NCBI GenBank assembly: GCA_027320085.1
Contig: DAHVLZ010000009.1
Location: 256,001 to 320,000 of the forward strand
Reading direction: 5' to 3'
Length of the DNA: 64,000 nucleotides
DNA from: Pseudomonadota bacterium
GTDB lineage: Bacteria; Pseudomonadota; Gammaproteobacteria; JAKAQQ01
Below, one piece after another: positions 30,645 to 39,393 of the stretch. Positions within the stretch are counted from its first letter, which is position 1, and every line of letters begins with the position of its first letter. A program made the position numbers and the translations under genes. The notes under the pieces were generated by a model. It was not told the origin of the DNA, did no database searches, and saw only the letters and a list, made by a program, of their open reading frames with translations.

Positions 30645-32429
30645 ATGCTGATGATGAATAGAAAACCGACGCTTGCGGGCCGCCGGGGAGTGGGTTGTTT
30701 CCTAATTGGCTTGGCGGCTTTCCCCTGCCTGACCTGTGCCGTCGCGGCGGGTACTGTTGGCGTGCCGGGGTCTGGTGTACATCGGGGATTCCGAGAGGAA
30801 CGCTCGGGTTTTATCCAAGGGCTTAGAAATACCCCCCGCACTTGGTTACGTCTTAAGCGCCTGACCCATTATTCAAGAAATGGAATCGCCCGATACGCCC
30901 TGATTTTCGGTACACCACCCGACTTATCCTCTTCAAACTTGAAACCGCTAACGGTTTTTATAACTCCACCTCTTAACCGTCCAGGCTATACCATCTCGAT
31001 GGTTGCCCAAACCCTTTTCCGTCAGCTGACCAACCGCCAACTCAGGCACCATCTCCTCGGTCATCTAACCTTTGTCCTTTTTCTGCCCGATAGAACTGTT
31101 GCGCATGGAACTGGCGGCGGGCACGACGCCCGGATTCCGGGTCTTCGCAGCCCTTGGGATAACCAAGACATAGACTTGCTCAAGGCCCATTCGCAGAGGG
31201 TCCGGGACTGGCTCCGCTTGTTCCATCAGTGGAACCCAGATGTGGTGATGGAACTCGCAGGTACCGAAACCGCAAACTGGCGAGCTCAATGTCTTTTTGA
31301 GAGCGCGCCCGCTGCTCTCCTCCCTGCTCCGCTGTCTGATCTCTCCCATCGCCTCCGTTCCGAGGCCCGATCTACCTGGCAACAACACGATGTACAGGTC
31401 CGTACCTGGTTTCGACTACTCAACCCTGCAAGCCCGAGCCTTGGAGTCATCACGGAACGCGGTCAGCTCTCGGGTCCGGTTCCCTACAGTGCATTAAGCC
31501 GTACGCTAGCCTTTCGCTGGATCTGGAACGACAAGCCAAAGGGTCAGCATCTCTCTACAAAAATTTGGCAAACTTTGGATCCCTGGTTCGACCTCCTGAT
31601 CCAGGATCGCTCCAAGATTCTCCGTGCCAGAGCCCAATCACGTACTAGCGGAGATGGCAAACCTGTCGTGGTCCATCTACCCCTGTCCGGGAAAATCGTA
31701 CGTAAAGCAACCCCATTTCTGCTCCATACATACGCCTACGACGAAACTCTGAGCCCGATTTCTGGGACAGTCTGGGTCCGTTACAACAAGCATCAACCTC
31801 AGAATTACTTGGTTCCACGTTTTACTCGGCCGTTCCTGACCCTGAAGCAGTCCGGCATTTCTGGCTATCTCGTACCATCGGTTTTTGTTCGCGCAATACA
31901 AGCGCTCAAACGGAATGGAATACGAATGAAGATTTTGCACAAAGCTCGGACACTACGCGTCATCGTTGATCAACTGGGAAGGATCCGGTGGAGTATTCCA
32001 CCACAGACTAGGACGCCCACCATCCGCTCCTACCAAGCACAACCAAGAATCCGTTTGCTTACCTACCCCGCGGGCTCTGCTTTTATTCCACTTAATCAAA
32101 AATATAGCGCCTTAGTCGCCGCTCTGCTTGATCCGAACAGCCCCTATAACCTCTTGTACCTTGGGTTTTTCCATAATCTTTTTGACCACCTCCCTCGCTT
32201 GCCTCAGGCTCGTTTGGAAACAATTGCCCGCCAGCTTCTCAGAACCCACCCGAAACTCGCTCGCGGATTTCTTCACCGGATCCTCGATCGCCGCTTTGCG
32301 GGGAACCCGCGCAGCCGTCTTGACTTCTTTTATCGGCACCTGTTCCGTGATCCCGTCTCCCGACATCTGTACCCCGTCGCCGAGTGGCCGGCCACATCTC
32401 AAGACCGGACACCACTGCCTACACCGTGA
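30645..32429 (+). CDS. M14 metallocarboxypeptidase-like exported protein, catalytically degenerate
   Basis: C-terminal GS..IP..Q.....LLDP.S...L...GFF..ARQLL...P.L...F...RFA.NP..RLDFFY region recalls large M14 proteins; no HxxE found. Confidence 0.65.
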   Translation: MLMMNRKPTLAGRRGVGCFLIGLAAFPCLTCAVAAGTVGVPGSGVHRGFREERSGFIQGLRNTPRTWLRLKRLTHYSRNGIARYALIFGTPPDLSSSNLKPLTVFITPPLNRPGYTISMVAQTLFRQLTNRQLRHHLLGHLTFVLFLPDRTVAHGTGGGHDARIPGLRSPWDNQDIDLLKAHSQRVRDWLRLFHQWNPDVVMELAGTETANWRAQCLFESAPAALLPAPLSDLSHRLRSEARSTWQQHDVQVRTWFRLLNPASPSLGVITERGQLSGPVPYSALSRTLAFRWIWNDKPKGQHLSTKIWQTLDPWFDLLIQDRSKILRARAQSRTSGDGKPVVVHLPLSGKIVRKATPFLLHTYAYDETLSPISGTVWVRYNKHQPQNYLVPRFTRPFLTLKQSGISGYLVPSVFVRAIQALKRNGIRMKILHKARTLRVIVDQLGRIRWSIPPQTRTPTIRSYQAQPRIRLLTYPAGSAFIPLNQKYSALVAALLDPNSPYNLLYLGFFHNLFDHLPRLPQARLETIARQLLRTHPKLARGFLHRILDRRFAGNPRSRLDFFYRHLFRDPVSRHLYPVAEWPATSQDRTPLPTP

Positions 32430-33655
32430 AAATCCTGGTTGCTGAAAGTTCGCGTCTGTTCCACCTCGCCTGGGAGCGCCTGATCCGGGATTTGGGGCAG
32501 GAACCGGTTTTTGCGACAACGGGGGAAGAAGCCATCCGGTGGGCACAAGAATCAGCCTGCCATACGGGACTGATTTCCCATACCTTGCCTGACATGGACG
32601 GGGAGCGTTGTCTCGCCCGCATCCAGCAGCTGGCTCCAATTCCTCTCTTCCGCCCGGTTGTGGTCACATCTAACCCGGACAGTTGGGGGATAGCGCTTAT
32701 GAAAGAGCCGGTTTGGGAAGTGGTTGACCGACAGAACCTACCCGCCATCCGGCAGATCCTTGAAGATCGGATCCGGGATTACGCGATCCAGTCTTTCCTA
32801 CCCGTTCTGTACCTTGACGATAGCCAAGTGGCGGCAAAGCACATGCAGAATCTGTTTGCCAAACTGGGGGTCACCCTCCACCACTTTCCAACCCCAAATG
32901 AGGCTCTCCATGCTCTTGGAGAAAACGCCTACGAACTAGTACTGTGTGACGTTCAGATCGAAGACGCGGCAACCGGCTACGCTTTGGTCCCCAAAATCCG
33001 TCATGCAATCCAGACTGGGGAGCGCCCCCCACTCGTTCTTGTTTCTGCAAATGACAGTCCCGACCAGAGACAACTGGCTATACTTTCCGGGGCAGACGAC
33101 TTCTGGAGTAAATCGATTTCTATAGGAGTCGTCCAAAAGCATCTGGAAGGCTACCGTGAGACTCGCCTCCTCCGTGAACGGATTGTTCAGCTGGAACAGA
33201 AGGTACTAGCGGAGCGTTTTCTCGAATCGGAAAGCAGCCTCCCAAACGAGCGCGCGCTTCAGGCTTATGCAAACTGGCGCTTCCGTGCCGGATTTGCGGA
33301 ATCTACCCTGATCCGTGTGGTCCTAGTTCATCTCCATGGCCAGTGTGAGACCGAGAGGGATACATCAGAATACCCTAGTCCAGTCACACACTGGCCAGAA
33401 CTCAAAAAATGGAAGTCCTTGCTCCCACGGACGGTTTTTTGCGCCCTCCTCTCTCACAGTCAGTTGGTTGTGATCATGCCCGCCATGTCAGATGATTCTT
33501 CAACTGAGCCGCTTCCTTGGTATGGATTGCCCCCCCTGCCTTACACACTGGCACCTGCTGGCATATCTGATACCACCAGTCTCGTCATCCATGCCGGAGC
33601 TAGTTTTGAGGAAGTCTGGCTAAATTTGAAACTAGAACACGAAACGGCTGACTAA
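32426..33655 (+). CDS. Two-receiver-domain protein with degenerate GGDEF-like C-terminus
   Basis: VKILVAESS..LPDMDG; VLYLDDS..LVLCD..GADDF.SK; LPNERAL resembling the LxNR GGDEF start; GTGA overlap. Confidence 0.75.
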   Translation: MKILVAESSRLFHLAWERLIRDLGQEPVFATTGEEAIRWAQESACHTGLISHTLPDMDGERCLARIQQLAPIPLFRPVVVTSNPDSWGIALMKEPVWEVVDRQNLPAIRQILEDRIRDYAIQSFLPVLYLDDSQVAAKHMQNLFAKLGVTLHHFPTPNEALHALGENAYELVLCDVQIEDAATGYALVPKIRHAIQTGERPPLVLVSANDSPDQRQLAILSGADDFWSKSISIGVVQKHLEGYRETRLLRERIVQLEQKVLAERFLESESSLPNERALQAYANWRFRAGFAESTLIRVVLVHLHGQCETERDTSEYPSPVTHWPELKKWKSLLPRTVFCALLSHSQLVVIMPAMSDDSSTEPLPWYGLPPLPYTLAPAGISDTTSLVIHAGASFEEVWLNLKLEHETAD

Positions 33656-33684
33656 CCTGGATTCACGCCTGCTTTATTTCTTGG

Positions 33685-33963
33685 TCAAAAATCCGGCAAA
33701 CAATCCGAATAGTCATCCCTTAGGATATCCCGTGCCCGGCTAGCATCTGCTTGCCCCACCTGCAGTTTGATTCCACCTACAGTCAGAGCATAGAGCCAAT
33801 CCATCTGCACAAGATGGTGGTCTTTCATCCGGACCGTAATTCCTTCCGTCTGAAGCCGGCCGGCAACAATATTGGCATTGACTTGGTCATCAAATACCGC
33901 GACGGTGACGAAGCTACTGGAGCTATCTGGATCAGTTAGACCAGACGACTCAAGCGCGCGCAC
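33685..33963 (-). CDS. DUF2007 family small protein
   Basis: ANIVAGRLQTEGI...D......GGIKLQV...D..RA..IL. Confidence 0.75.
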   Translation of the reverse strand: MRALESSGLTDPDSSSSFVTVAVFDDQVNANIVAGRLQTEGITVRMKDHHLVQMDWLYALTVGGIKLQVGQADASRARDILRDDYSDCLPDF

Positions 33964-34696
33964 GTTCTGAATCCAGATGTCGTACCAGGATTAAACCGAG
34001 TTCGTAGAGTCCGTACATCGGAAGACCCAGCAGTGTCATAGATAGGGCATCAGGGGGCGTCAAGAATGCCGCAATAATAAAGCAGATCAGAAAAACATAG
34101 CGTCGCTGTTTCCTGAGTGTTTCCTCCCTGACAAGTCGTAGTGAAACCAGAAGGACAATCACTATGGGCATCTCAAACGAGATCCCAAAGGCTAACGCCA
34201 AATGGAGGCAGAAGGACAAATAGTTACGGATATCTGTCATCACGGCCACGCCCATCGGTGCAACAGAGACAAAGAAACGGAATGCCATCGGAAAAATTAC
34301 AAAATAGGCAAAGGCGATACCAATGTAAAAAAGTAACACGGCACTCACCAAAAGGGTGCGGGCAAAGCGCCTTTCCCATCGGTACAGAGCAGGAGCTACA
34401 AAAGCCCAAAGTTCATATAGGATCACTGGCATACAGAGAAGCAAGGTGACCAGTAGGGTGAGCTGGAATGGCACCACGAAGGGGGTTGAGACATGAATTG
34501 CAATCAGGTGGTCTCCAGGCGGCATAACCGATTCAAGGGGCTTCGCCAGAAACCGGAAAATCTCGTCAGACCATGGGATCAGCACCACAAAAATCACGAC
34601 GCAGAACCCGACCGACAACAAGAGACGACGTCTCAACTCGACTAGGTGCCCCACTAACGCGGGGGTTAACCATCGAGAATCTGGCATCTTACTCAT
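33950..34696 (-). CDS. tatC: Tat translocase subunit TatC
   Basis: HLVELRRRL, W.FVAPALY..E, FGISFEMP, AAFLTPPD..S. Confidence 0.96.
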   Translation of the reverse strand: MSKMPDSRWLTPALVGHLVELRRRLLLSVGFCVVIFVVLIPWSDEIFRFLAKPLESVMPPGDHLIAIHVSTPFVVPFQLTLLVTLLLCMPVILYELWAFVAPALYRWERRFARTLLVSAVLLFYIGIAFAYFVIFPMAFRFFVSVAPMGVAVMTDIRNYLSFCLHLALAFGISFEMPIVIVLLVSLRLVREETLRKQRRYVFLICFIIAAFLTPPDALSMTLLGLPMYGLYELGLILVRHLDSERARA

Positions 34697-34953
34697 CGTT
34701 CGGGTGGACGATCCGACGTGGGACCGGGTTTCCGTTCCGGATGGTGATCTTGGATCTTCCGGAACGGCTCTTGCATGGGCTCGTCCGAGCCTAGGGCTTG
34801 GTCAAACTCCTCGCTTAACCGTGCCCAAACTTGGCGCACCTGCCGAACCCACCGGCCTAACTGGCGAGCACAGACGGGGATCTGTTCTGGCCCGAGAACT
34901 AGAAGGGCAAGAACCGCGAGTACTACGATCTCGCCCATTCCAAAATCGAACAT
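34693..34953 (-). CDS. tatB: Tat translocase subunit TatB
   Basis: MFDFGMGEI..LAVLALLVLGPEQIP; GAGGAGG RBS. Confidence 0.9.
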   Translation of the reverse strand: MFDFGMGEIVVLAVLALLVLGPEQIPVCARQLGRWVRQVRQVWARLSEEFDQALGSDEPMQEPFRKIQDHHPERKPGPTSDRPPER

Positions 34954-35023
34954 GCACCCTCCTCGAACTGCGTAGCCGCAGATTGCCTCCAGCCCGCATT
35001 CGGGCTTCTCCTTATTCCGGGTG

Positions 35024-35254
35024 TTAAGTGGGTGGAGTTGGAGGAGAAGGAGGTTCAACCCGGTTGGTGTGGGTGGGCGAATTTGGCTCGGGCGTCTTTG
35101 CAACCGTCTCCTCGCCATTCAAGGCTTCCCGGAAGCTCCGTACCGCCTTTCCTAAGTCCGCGCCGATCGTTCGCAGACGCCCCGCACCGAAGATCACGAC
35201 CACAATCATGAAAATGATAAGCAAATGCCATATGCTGAGACCGTCTAAACCCAT
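35024..35254 (-). CDS. tatA: Tat translocase subunit TatA
   Basis: GLSIWHLLII..IVVVIFG..RLR.IG.DLG.AV+.F+; GGAGG RBS. Confidence 0.93.
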   Translation of the reverse strand: MGLDGLSIWHLLIIFMIVVVIFGAGRLRTIGADLGKAVRSFREALNGEETVAKTPEPNSPTHTNRVEPPSPPTPPT

Positions 35255-35308
35255 TGCACGGCCCTCCGCGGACAAACCAAAACATATACATTCTAGCGCA
35301 AATATCCA

Positions 35309-35752
35309 TCAGCCACTCAGCAAAAATGTTACGGGACCATCATTGACCAGTCCCACTTCCATGTGAGCCCCAAAACAGCCCGCTTGGGCCAAACATTCCC
35401 CACCGCATTTCCGTGCGTGCTCTAGAACGGCCTGGAATAACTCAGCGCTGAGTGCCGGTGGCAGTGCCGGGGAGAGGTCTGCTCGTCGCCCCCGCTGTGT
35501 ACCCGCTGCCAGGGTAAACTCCGGAACCCATAGGATCTGACCTGAAATGGCTCGCACATCCCGGCTGAAGTGGCCATTGGTATCCGCAAACAAGCGGTAG
35601 CCGATAATCCGATCGACTAGTCGAAGTACCCGAAGTATCTCATCGCCCCGCTCAAATGCCAGGAAAACGACGATGCCCATCTCAATTGCTGCAACTTCTC
35701 GACCTAAAATTGAAACCCGGGCCTGAGTGACCCTTTGAAGGAGAGCTTTCAT
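35309..35752 (-). CDS. dtd: D-aminoacyl-tRNA deacylase
   Basis: MKALLQRV..A.V, (P)EFTLAA, G.FGA.M.V.LVNDGPVT. Confidence 0.92.
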   Translation of the reverse strand: MKALLQRVTQARVSILGREVAAIEMGIVVFLAFERGDEILRVLRLVDRIIGYRLFADTNGHFSRDVRAISGQILWVPEFTLAAGTQRGRRADLSPALPPALSAELFQAVLEHARKCGGECLAQAGCFGAHMEVGLVNDGPVTFLLSG

Positions 35753-35836
35753 ATCCTCTAGACCTTGACTTTTCCGTCCCGAATGGGACCTGTTTTGTGT
35801 GATGGAACAAGAAAACCGGGATTTCGGCATGGGATC

Positions 35837-35854
35837 TGTAAACATCTGTTTACA
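35837..35854. promoter_or_regulatory. Perfect inverted repeat, candidate operator upstream of dtd-tatABC
   Basis: TGTAAACA-TC-TGTTTACA. Confidence 0.45.
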
Positions 35855-36044
35855 AAATTTATCTACATCTGTTGGTTCCTATTAGCTGCCACTTGCGTCA
35901 CACTATATCCACGACAGGGAACAGCGACGAGCAGAGGGAGGGCGGGGGATGGTGGGGTCAAAGGCGTCGCTTGCCCCAAGAAACCTCGGGCACTCATCCC
36001 CCCCCAGGACCGCTTGCTGTAGAACAATCTGGCCCTTCTCAGAG

Positions 36045-36512
36045 TCAATAGGGAAAACCCAACCGTTGGTAAAGCGCCGCAAGTAACCAGAGCGGACCAA
36101 TCAGGAGGAATTGGAGATCCCGGGAAAATGCCGGCTTACGGCCTTCAATCCGGTGCCCAACAAACTGACCGATCCATGCCATAACAAATATAGGCAACGC
36201 GAGTTGCCAAATCGCAGAAGTGACTTGTCCAGCCTCATAGACAACTGCCACAGTCGCGATGCCCACGATGCTCATGCCAATAGCCAAACGCCAATTCAAT
36301 GCATAGTAATAAACGAGTGCCAGAACCAGGAACAATACGCCCCAGTTGAGGAAAACTGAAACACGTATCCAGCGTATAGGTTCCGGGATCGACCAGAGCA
36401 AACCAACTAGCGAAACCATAATGAGCGGGATACAAATCCAGTGAATGGACTTGTTGACCGGAGATTGGTGGCTTTCGCCATATTCAGTAAGCCAGCTTTG
36501 AATACTGCGCAC
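36045..36512 (-). CDS. DUF962 (Mpo1-like) membrane protein
   Basis: YGESHQ.P.N..IH.ICIP, AWIGQFVGH.IEG+KPAF..DL.FLLIGPLW. Confidence 0.88.
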   Translation of the reverse strand: MRSIQSWLTEYGESHQSPVNKSIHWICIPLIMVSLVGLLWSIPEPIRWIRVSVFLNWGVLFLVLALVYYYALNWRLAIGMSIVGIATVAVVYEAGQVTSAIWQLALPIFVMAWIGQFVGHRIEGRKPAFSRDLQFLLIGPLWLLAALYQRLGFPY

Positions 36513-36698
36513 GACAGATCTCCTCGATCACAGAGTACGAAATTCCGCAGATACCATCCCCCCCAGCAGGGTAAAAAGGCCTCGCGGGCCCGGGCTGGTA
36601 TATGATGATAACCGGGTCACCGACAAGCGTAGGATCCGACGCACAGCCGGCTCGGGGTTTGGTACTTTTCTTTGTGTATCCGCTGACTTAGGAGTCTT

Positions 36699-37373
36699 TT
36701 GGGCAAGATGTCCGTCGAACGAAACCTGTTTATTCCAGGGACCGCGGGACGCCTTGAGGCACGAGTTACAGAACCAGTGACGGGATCGTCCGGGTCTTCA
36801 GGGGCGATTGCCGTTGTTCTGCACCCTCATCCGCTCTTTCAAGGCAGTCTGGAAAACAAGGTGGTTTTCACGCTAACCCGAGCAGCCTCAAGTGCCGGTG
36901 CAGGGACTATCCGCTTCAATTTTCGTGGGGTCGGGAAGAGTGAAGGGCATTACGGGGAGGGGATCGGCGAACTCGCCGATGTTCATTCCGTCGTGTCCTG
37001 GGCTCGCGCGCAATGGGGTCCTGAACCAGCACTCTGGCTTCTCGGGTTCTCTTTCGGTGCCGGACTGGCTATCCAGAGTACCCGTGCACTAGAAGGCACT
37101 GCTTTGGTCACAATTGCCCCGCCAGTTCACCACCTTGCACTCGCACCCGAGCAGCTTCCGGCTTGCCCTTGGTTAATCATTCAGGGCGAAGACGACGAAA
37201 TAGTCCCAGTACCCGCAGTCATCGATTGGAGCAGGAAACTGCCCACGCAAGCTATTTTCGAGCTCTGGCCACAGGTTACTCACTTTTTCCACGGGCAATT
37301 GGTACCGCTCAGATCAACCGTTAGCCGCTTTTTGGTTGACCGTATCCACCAACCTCTGCCTTCTACAAGCTGA
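36699..37373 (+). CDS. Alpha/beta hydrolase (COG2945-like)
   Basis: HPHP..QGS.ENKVV, RFNFRGVG.SEG, GFSFG nucleophile, G..DE, HFFHG. Confidence 0.9.
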   Translation: MGKMSVERNLFIPGTAGRLEARVTEPVTGSSGSSGAIAVVLHPHPLFQGSLENKVVFTLTRAASSAGAGTIRFNFRGVGKSEGHYGEGIGELADVHSVVSWARAQWGPEPALWLLGFSFGAGLAIQSTRALEGTALVTIAPPVHHLALAPEQLPACPWLIIQGEDDEIVPVPAVIDWSRKLPTQAIFELWPQVTHFFHGQLVPLRSTVSRFLVDRIHQPLPSTS

Positions 37374-37417
37374 AAGGCAAGACCTTCCAGCGCCAACTGC
37401 GCTCCCAGAGGAGGCGT

Positions 37418-37463
37418 AAACCCCACCGGAGGGGGACGACAGGGCACCGGTGGGGTTTTCTTT
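37418..37463. terminator. Intrinsic terminator between convergent hydrolase and HU genes
   Basis: AAACCCCACCGG...CCGGTGGGGTTT 12-bp stem followed by TCTTT. Confidence 0.65.
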
Positions 37464-37466
37464 ACT

Positions 37467-37790
37467 TCAGACCATATCCTTGAGCTTTTTGAGTGCCTGT
37501 ACCTTGACAACGTTTCGGGCCGGCCTCGCCTTAAAGGTTGTAGGCTCGCCAGTAAAGGGATTGACTCCCTTCCGAGCCTTGACCGCCGGCTTATGCACCA
37601 GCTTGATCTTGAGAATTCCGGGCATCACGAACATTCCCGGACCCCGTTTACCGAGACTTTTCTTGATCAACCCCTCAAACGTATCGAAGACGGTACTGAT
37701 CTGCTTACGCGTCAGGTTCGTCTCTTCGGAAATTTTCCGAACGATCTCGCTTTTAGTAAGTGGTTTGGAGGTCTGATTATTGCTAGCCAT
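37467..37790 (-). CDS. HU/IHF-family histone-like DNA-binding protein
   Basis: LTKSEI...I.E...LT+KQ, F..PG..K......PA..ARKGVNPFTGE....KARPA. Confidence 0.9.
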   Translation of the reverse strand: MASNNQTSKPLTKSEIVRKISEETNLTRKQISTVFDTFEGLIKKSLGKRGPGMFVMPGILKIKLVHKPAVKARKGVNPFTGEPTTFKARPARNVVKVQALKKLKDMV

Positions 37791-37897
37791 AAGATCCTCT
37801 AGGGTTACGGAAAGGGAGAACAACGTTGCGGAATGTATCATAACCTGCGCCAGAAAGGTAGCGCCGCCTCTCTAGGGCAAACCACCTCCTCAGGCTT

Positions 37898-38458
37898 TTA
37901 TACAAACCGGATGGAGGGGAGAAGAATATTGATGAAGAACAGGATTGCGAGCGCCAAAAGGGGAGAAAAGTCGAGCCCACCGGTTGCAGGCACGAAACGA
38001 CGCAAGGGCCGCAGGATCGGTTCATTGATGGCATAAAGAAAACTCGTCATGGGATGCTGCACGTAGGGGGGCTGGATCCAACTCATGAGAGCCCCAACGA
38101 TCAGAGTAAAAATGTAAAAATCATCCAAGAGAGTTGCACATTTAACGAGTGCGGCGAGTGCGAGCACACCCCCGCTAAGGGGGCGGCCAGCAATCCCGGC
38201 CAAGATGGCCACGTCAAGCCCGCATAGCACAACGGCGACGATAAGACTCCACCAGTCACGGCGCATCACTCGGCTCCCAGACCAATGGTAGAGTGGCTTC
38301 AGAACCGGCCATGTCAACCGGCCGATGCTCTGTACTACAGGATGGGAGAAGTTGAGAGGTCCCCAGCTCATGGCGAATCGCGAGAGAAAAAGTAGGGCAC
38401 CGACCGTGAATAGGAAATTCACCAGAAAAAGCCAGGCGCTGGACCAGTGCAGAATCAT
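37898..38458 (-). CDS. yggT: YggT family membrane protein
   Basis: Two YggT repeats; MSW+QP, EP+LRPLRR.+P..GGLDFSP; overlaps the proC stop. Confidence 0.88.
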   Translation of the reverse strand: MILHWSSAWLFLVNFLFTVGALLFLSRFAMSWGPLNFSHPVVQSIGRLTWPVLKPLYHWSGSRVMRRDWWSLIVAVVLCGLDVAILAGIAGRPLSGGVLALAALVKCATLLDDFYIFTLIVGALMSWIQPPYVQHPMTSFLYAINEPILRPLRRFVPATGGLDFSPLLALAILFFINILLPSIRFV

Positions 38459-39345
38459 GCTGTCTCAGTTTCTCGGATTTGTTGCGCCAGTTCGGCGCCC
38501 CGTTCCCACGCGGCCGTTAGGGCCTGCGTAACGGCCGCCTCGAAACCCAGCTTTCGAAGTTGCTCGAGTGCCGCAGCCGTGGTTCCACCTGGCGAAGTCA
38601 CTCCTTCTCGCAGGCGTTCGAAATCCCCCCCATCTTGATCAGCCAGTTCCAAACTTCCCCGCCCGGTTTGCAACACAAGATCCGTCGCGAGAGCGGGATC
38701 CATCCCCTTGGCGGCTGCCGCATTTCGGAGACAAGCCATGAAGTGGAAAAAGTAGGCCGGGCCGCTACCGGCAAGGGCAGTGACCCCGTCCATCCACTCT
38801 TCCGATTTGAGCCAGTAGAGTCGTCCCAACCGACCGAGCAAATCTTCCAGGGTCTCATGATGCTCGGGTGCGAGATCAGGAGCATAGAGGGCAATCGCTC
38901 CCTGGTTCAGGGCTATCGCTAAATTCGGCATGGCCCGGATCACAACCGTTTGCCCCTCACAACACCACCGGCAGATCATCTCGCGTGTGATCCCTGCCAC
39001 AAAGCTTACCAGCAGGCGGCGTCGGCCAACGAGGTGGGAGGCAGCCGTTTCGAGCACCTGCCGCAGGGATCCCGGCCGGACAGCCACCAAAATCAGGTCG
39101 GATTCTGCCACCACCCGTCCCACATCATCCGACACAAAAGCACCTGACTCAGCCTTGATCCGTGAGCGCCGATCGGGATCACTTTCCGCTATAGAGAGGC
39201 GAGACGAGCTCCAGCCACTTCGCAAAAGTCCGGCAATGCAAGCCCCCCCCAAGTGTCCAGCCCCGAGAACCCCCACTTTCCCGATATCCCGGCTTGGAGC
39301 CCCCCCCCTTGGGGGGGGGGCGGGACGGCTTGCCGTTCTTGTCAC
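38455..39345 (-). CDS. proC: Pyrroline-5-carboxylate reductase
   Basis: VGVLGAGHLG, LVAVRP, RAMPN, TALAGSGPAYFF, LR..VTSPGGTT; GTG 39345 is the nearest plausible start. Confidence 0.93.
   Translation of the reverse strand: MTRTASRPAPPPRGGAPSRDIGKVGVLGAGHLGGACIAGLLRSGWSSSRLSIAESDPDRRSRIKAESGAFVSDDVGRVVAESDLILVAVRPGSLRQVLETAASHLVGRRRLLVSFVAGITREMICRWCCEGQTVVIRAMPNLAIALNQGAIALYAPDLAPEHHETLEDLLGRLGRLYWLKSEEWMDGVTALAGSGPAYFFHFMACLRNAAAAKGMDPALATDLVLQTGRGSLELADQDGGDFERLREGVTSPGGTTAAALEQLRKLGFEAAVTQALTAAWERGAELAQQIRETETA
39300..39320. repeat. C9-TT-G10 homopolymer pair
   Basis: Sequence CCCCCCCCC TT GGGGGGGGGG read directly. Confidence 0.9.
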
Positions 39346-39393
39346 TTCGCTATACCTTGTAGGGAGCCCTGATGTTAACCCAGGAAAGTTTTC

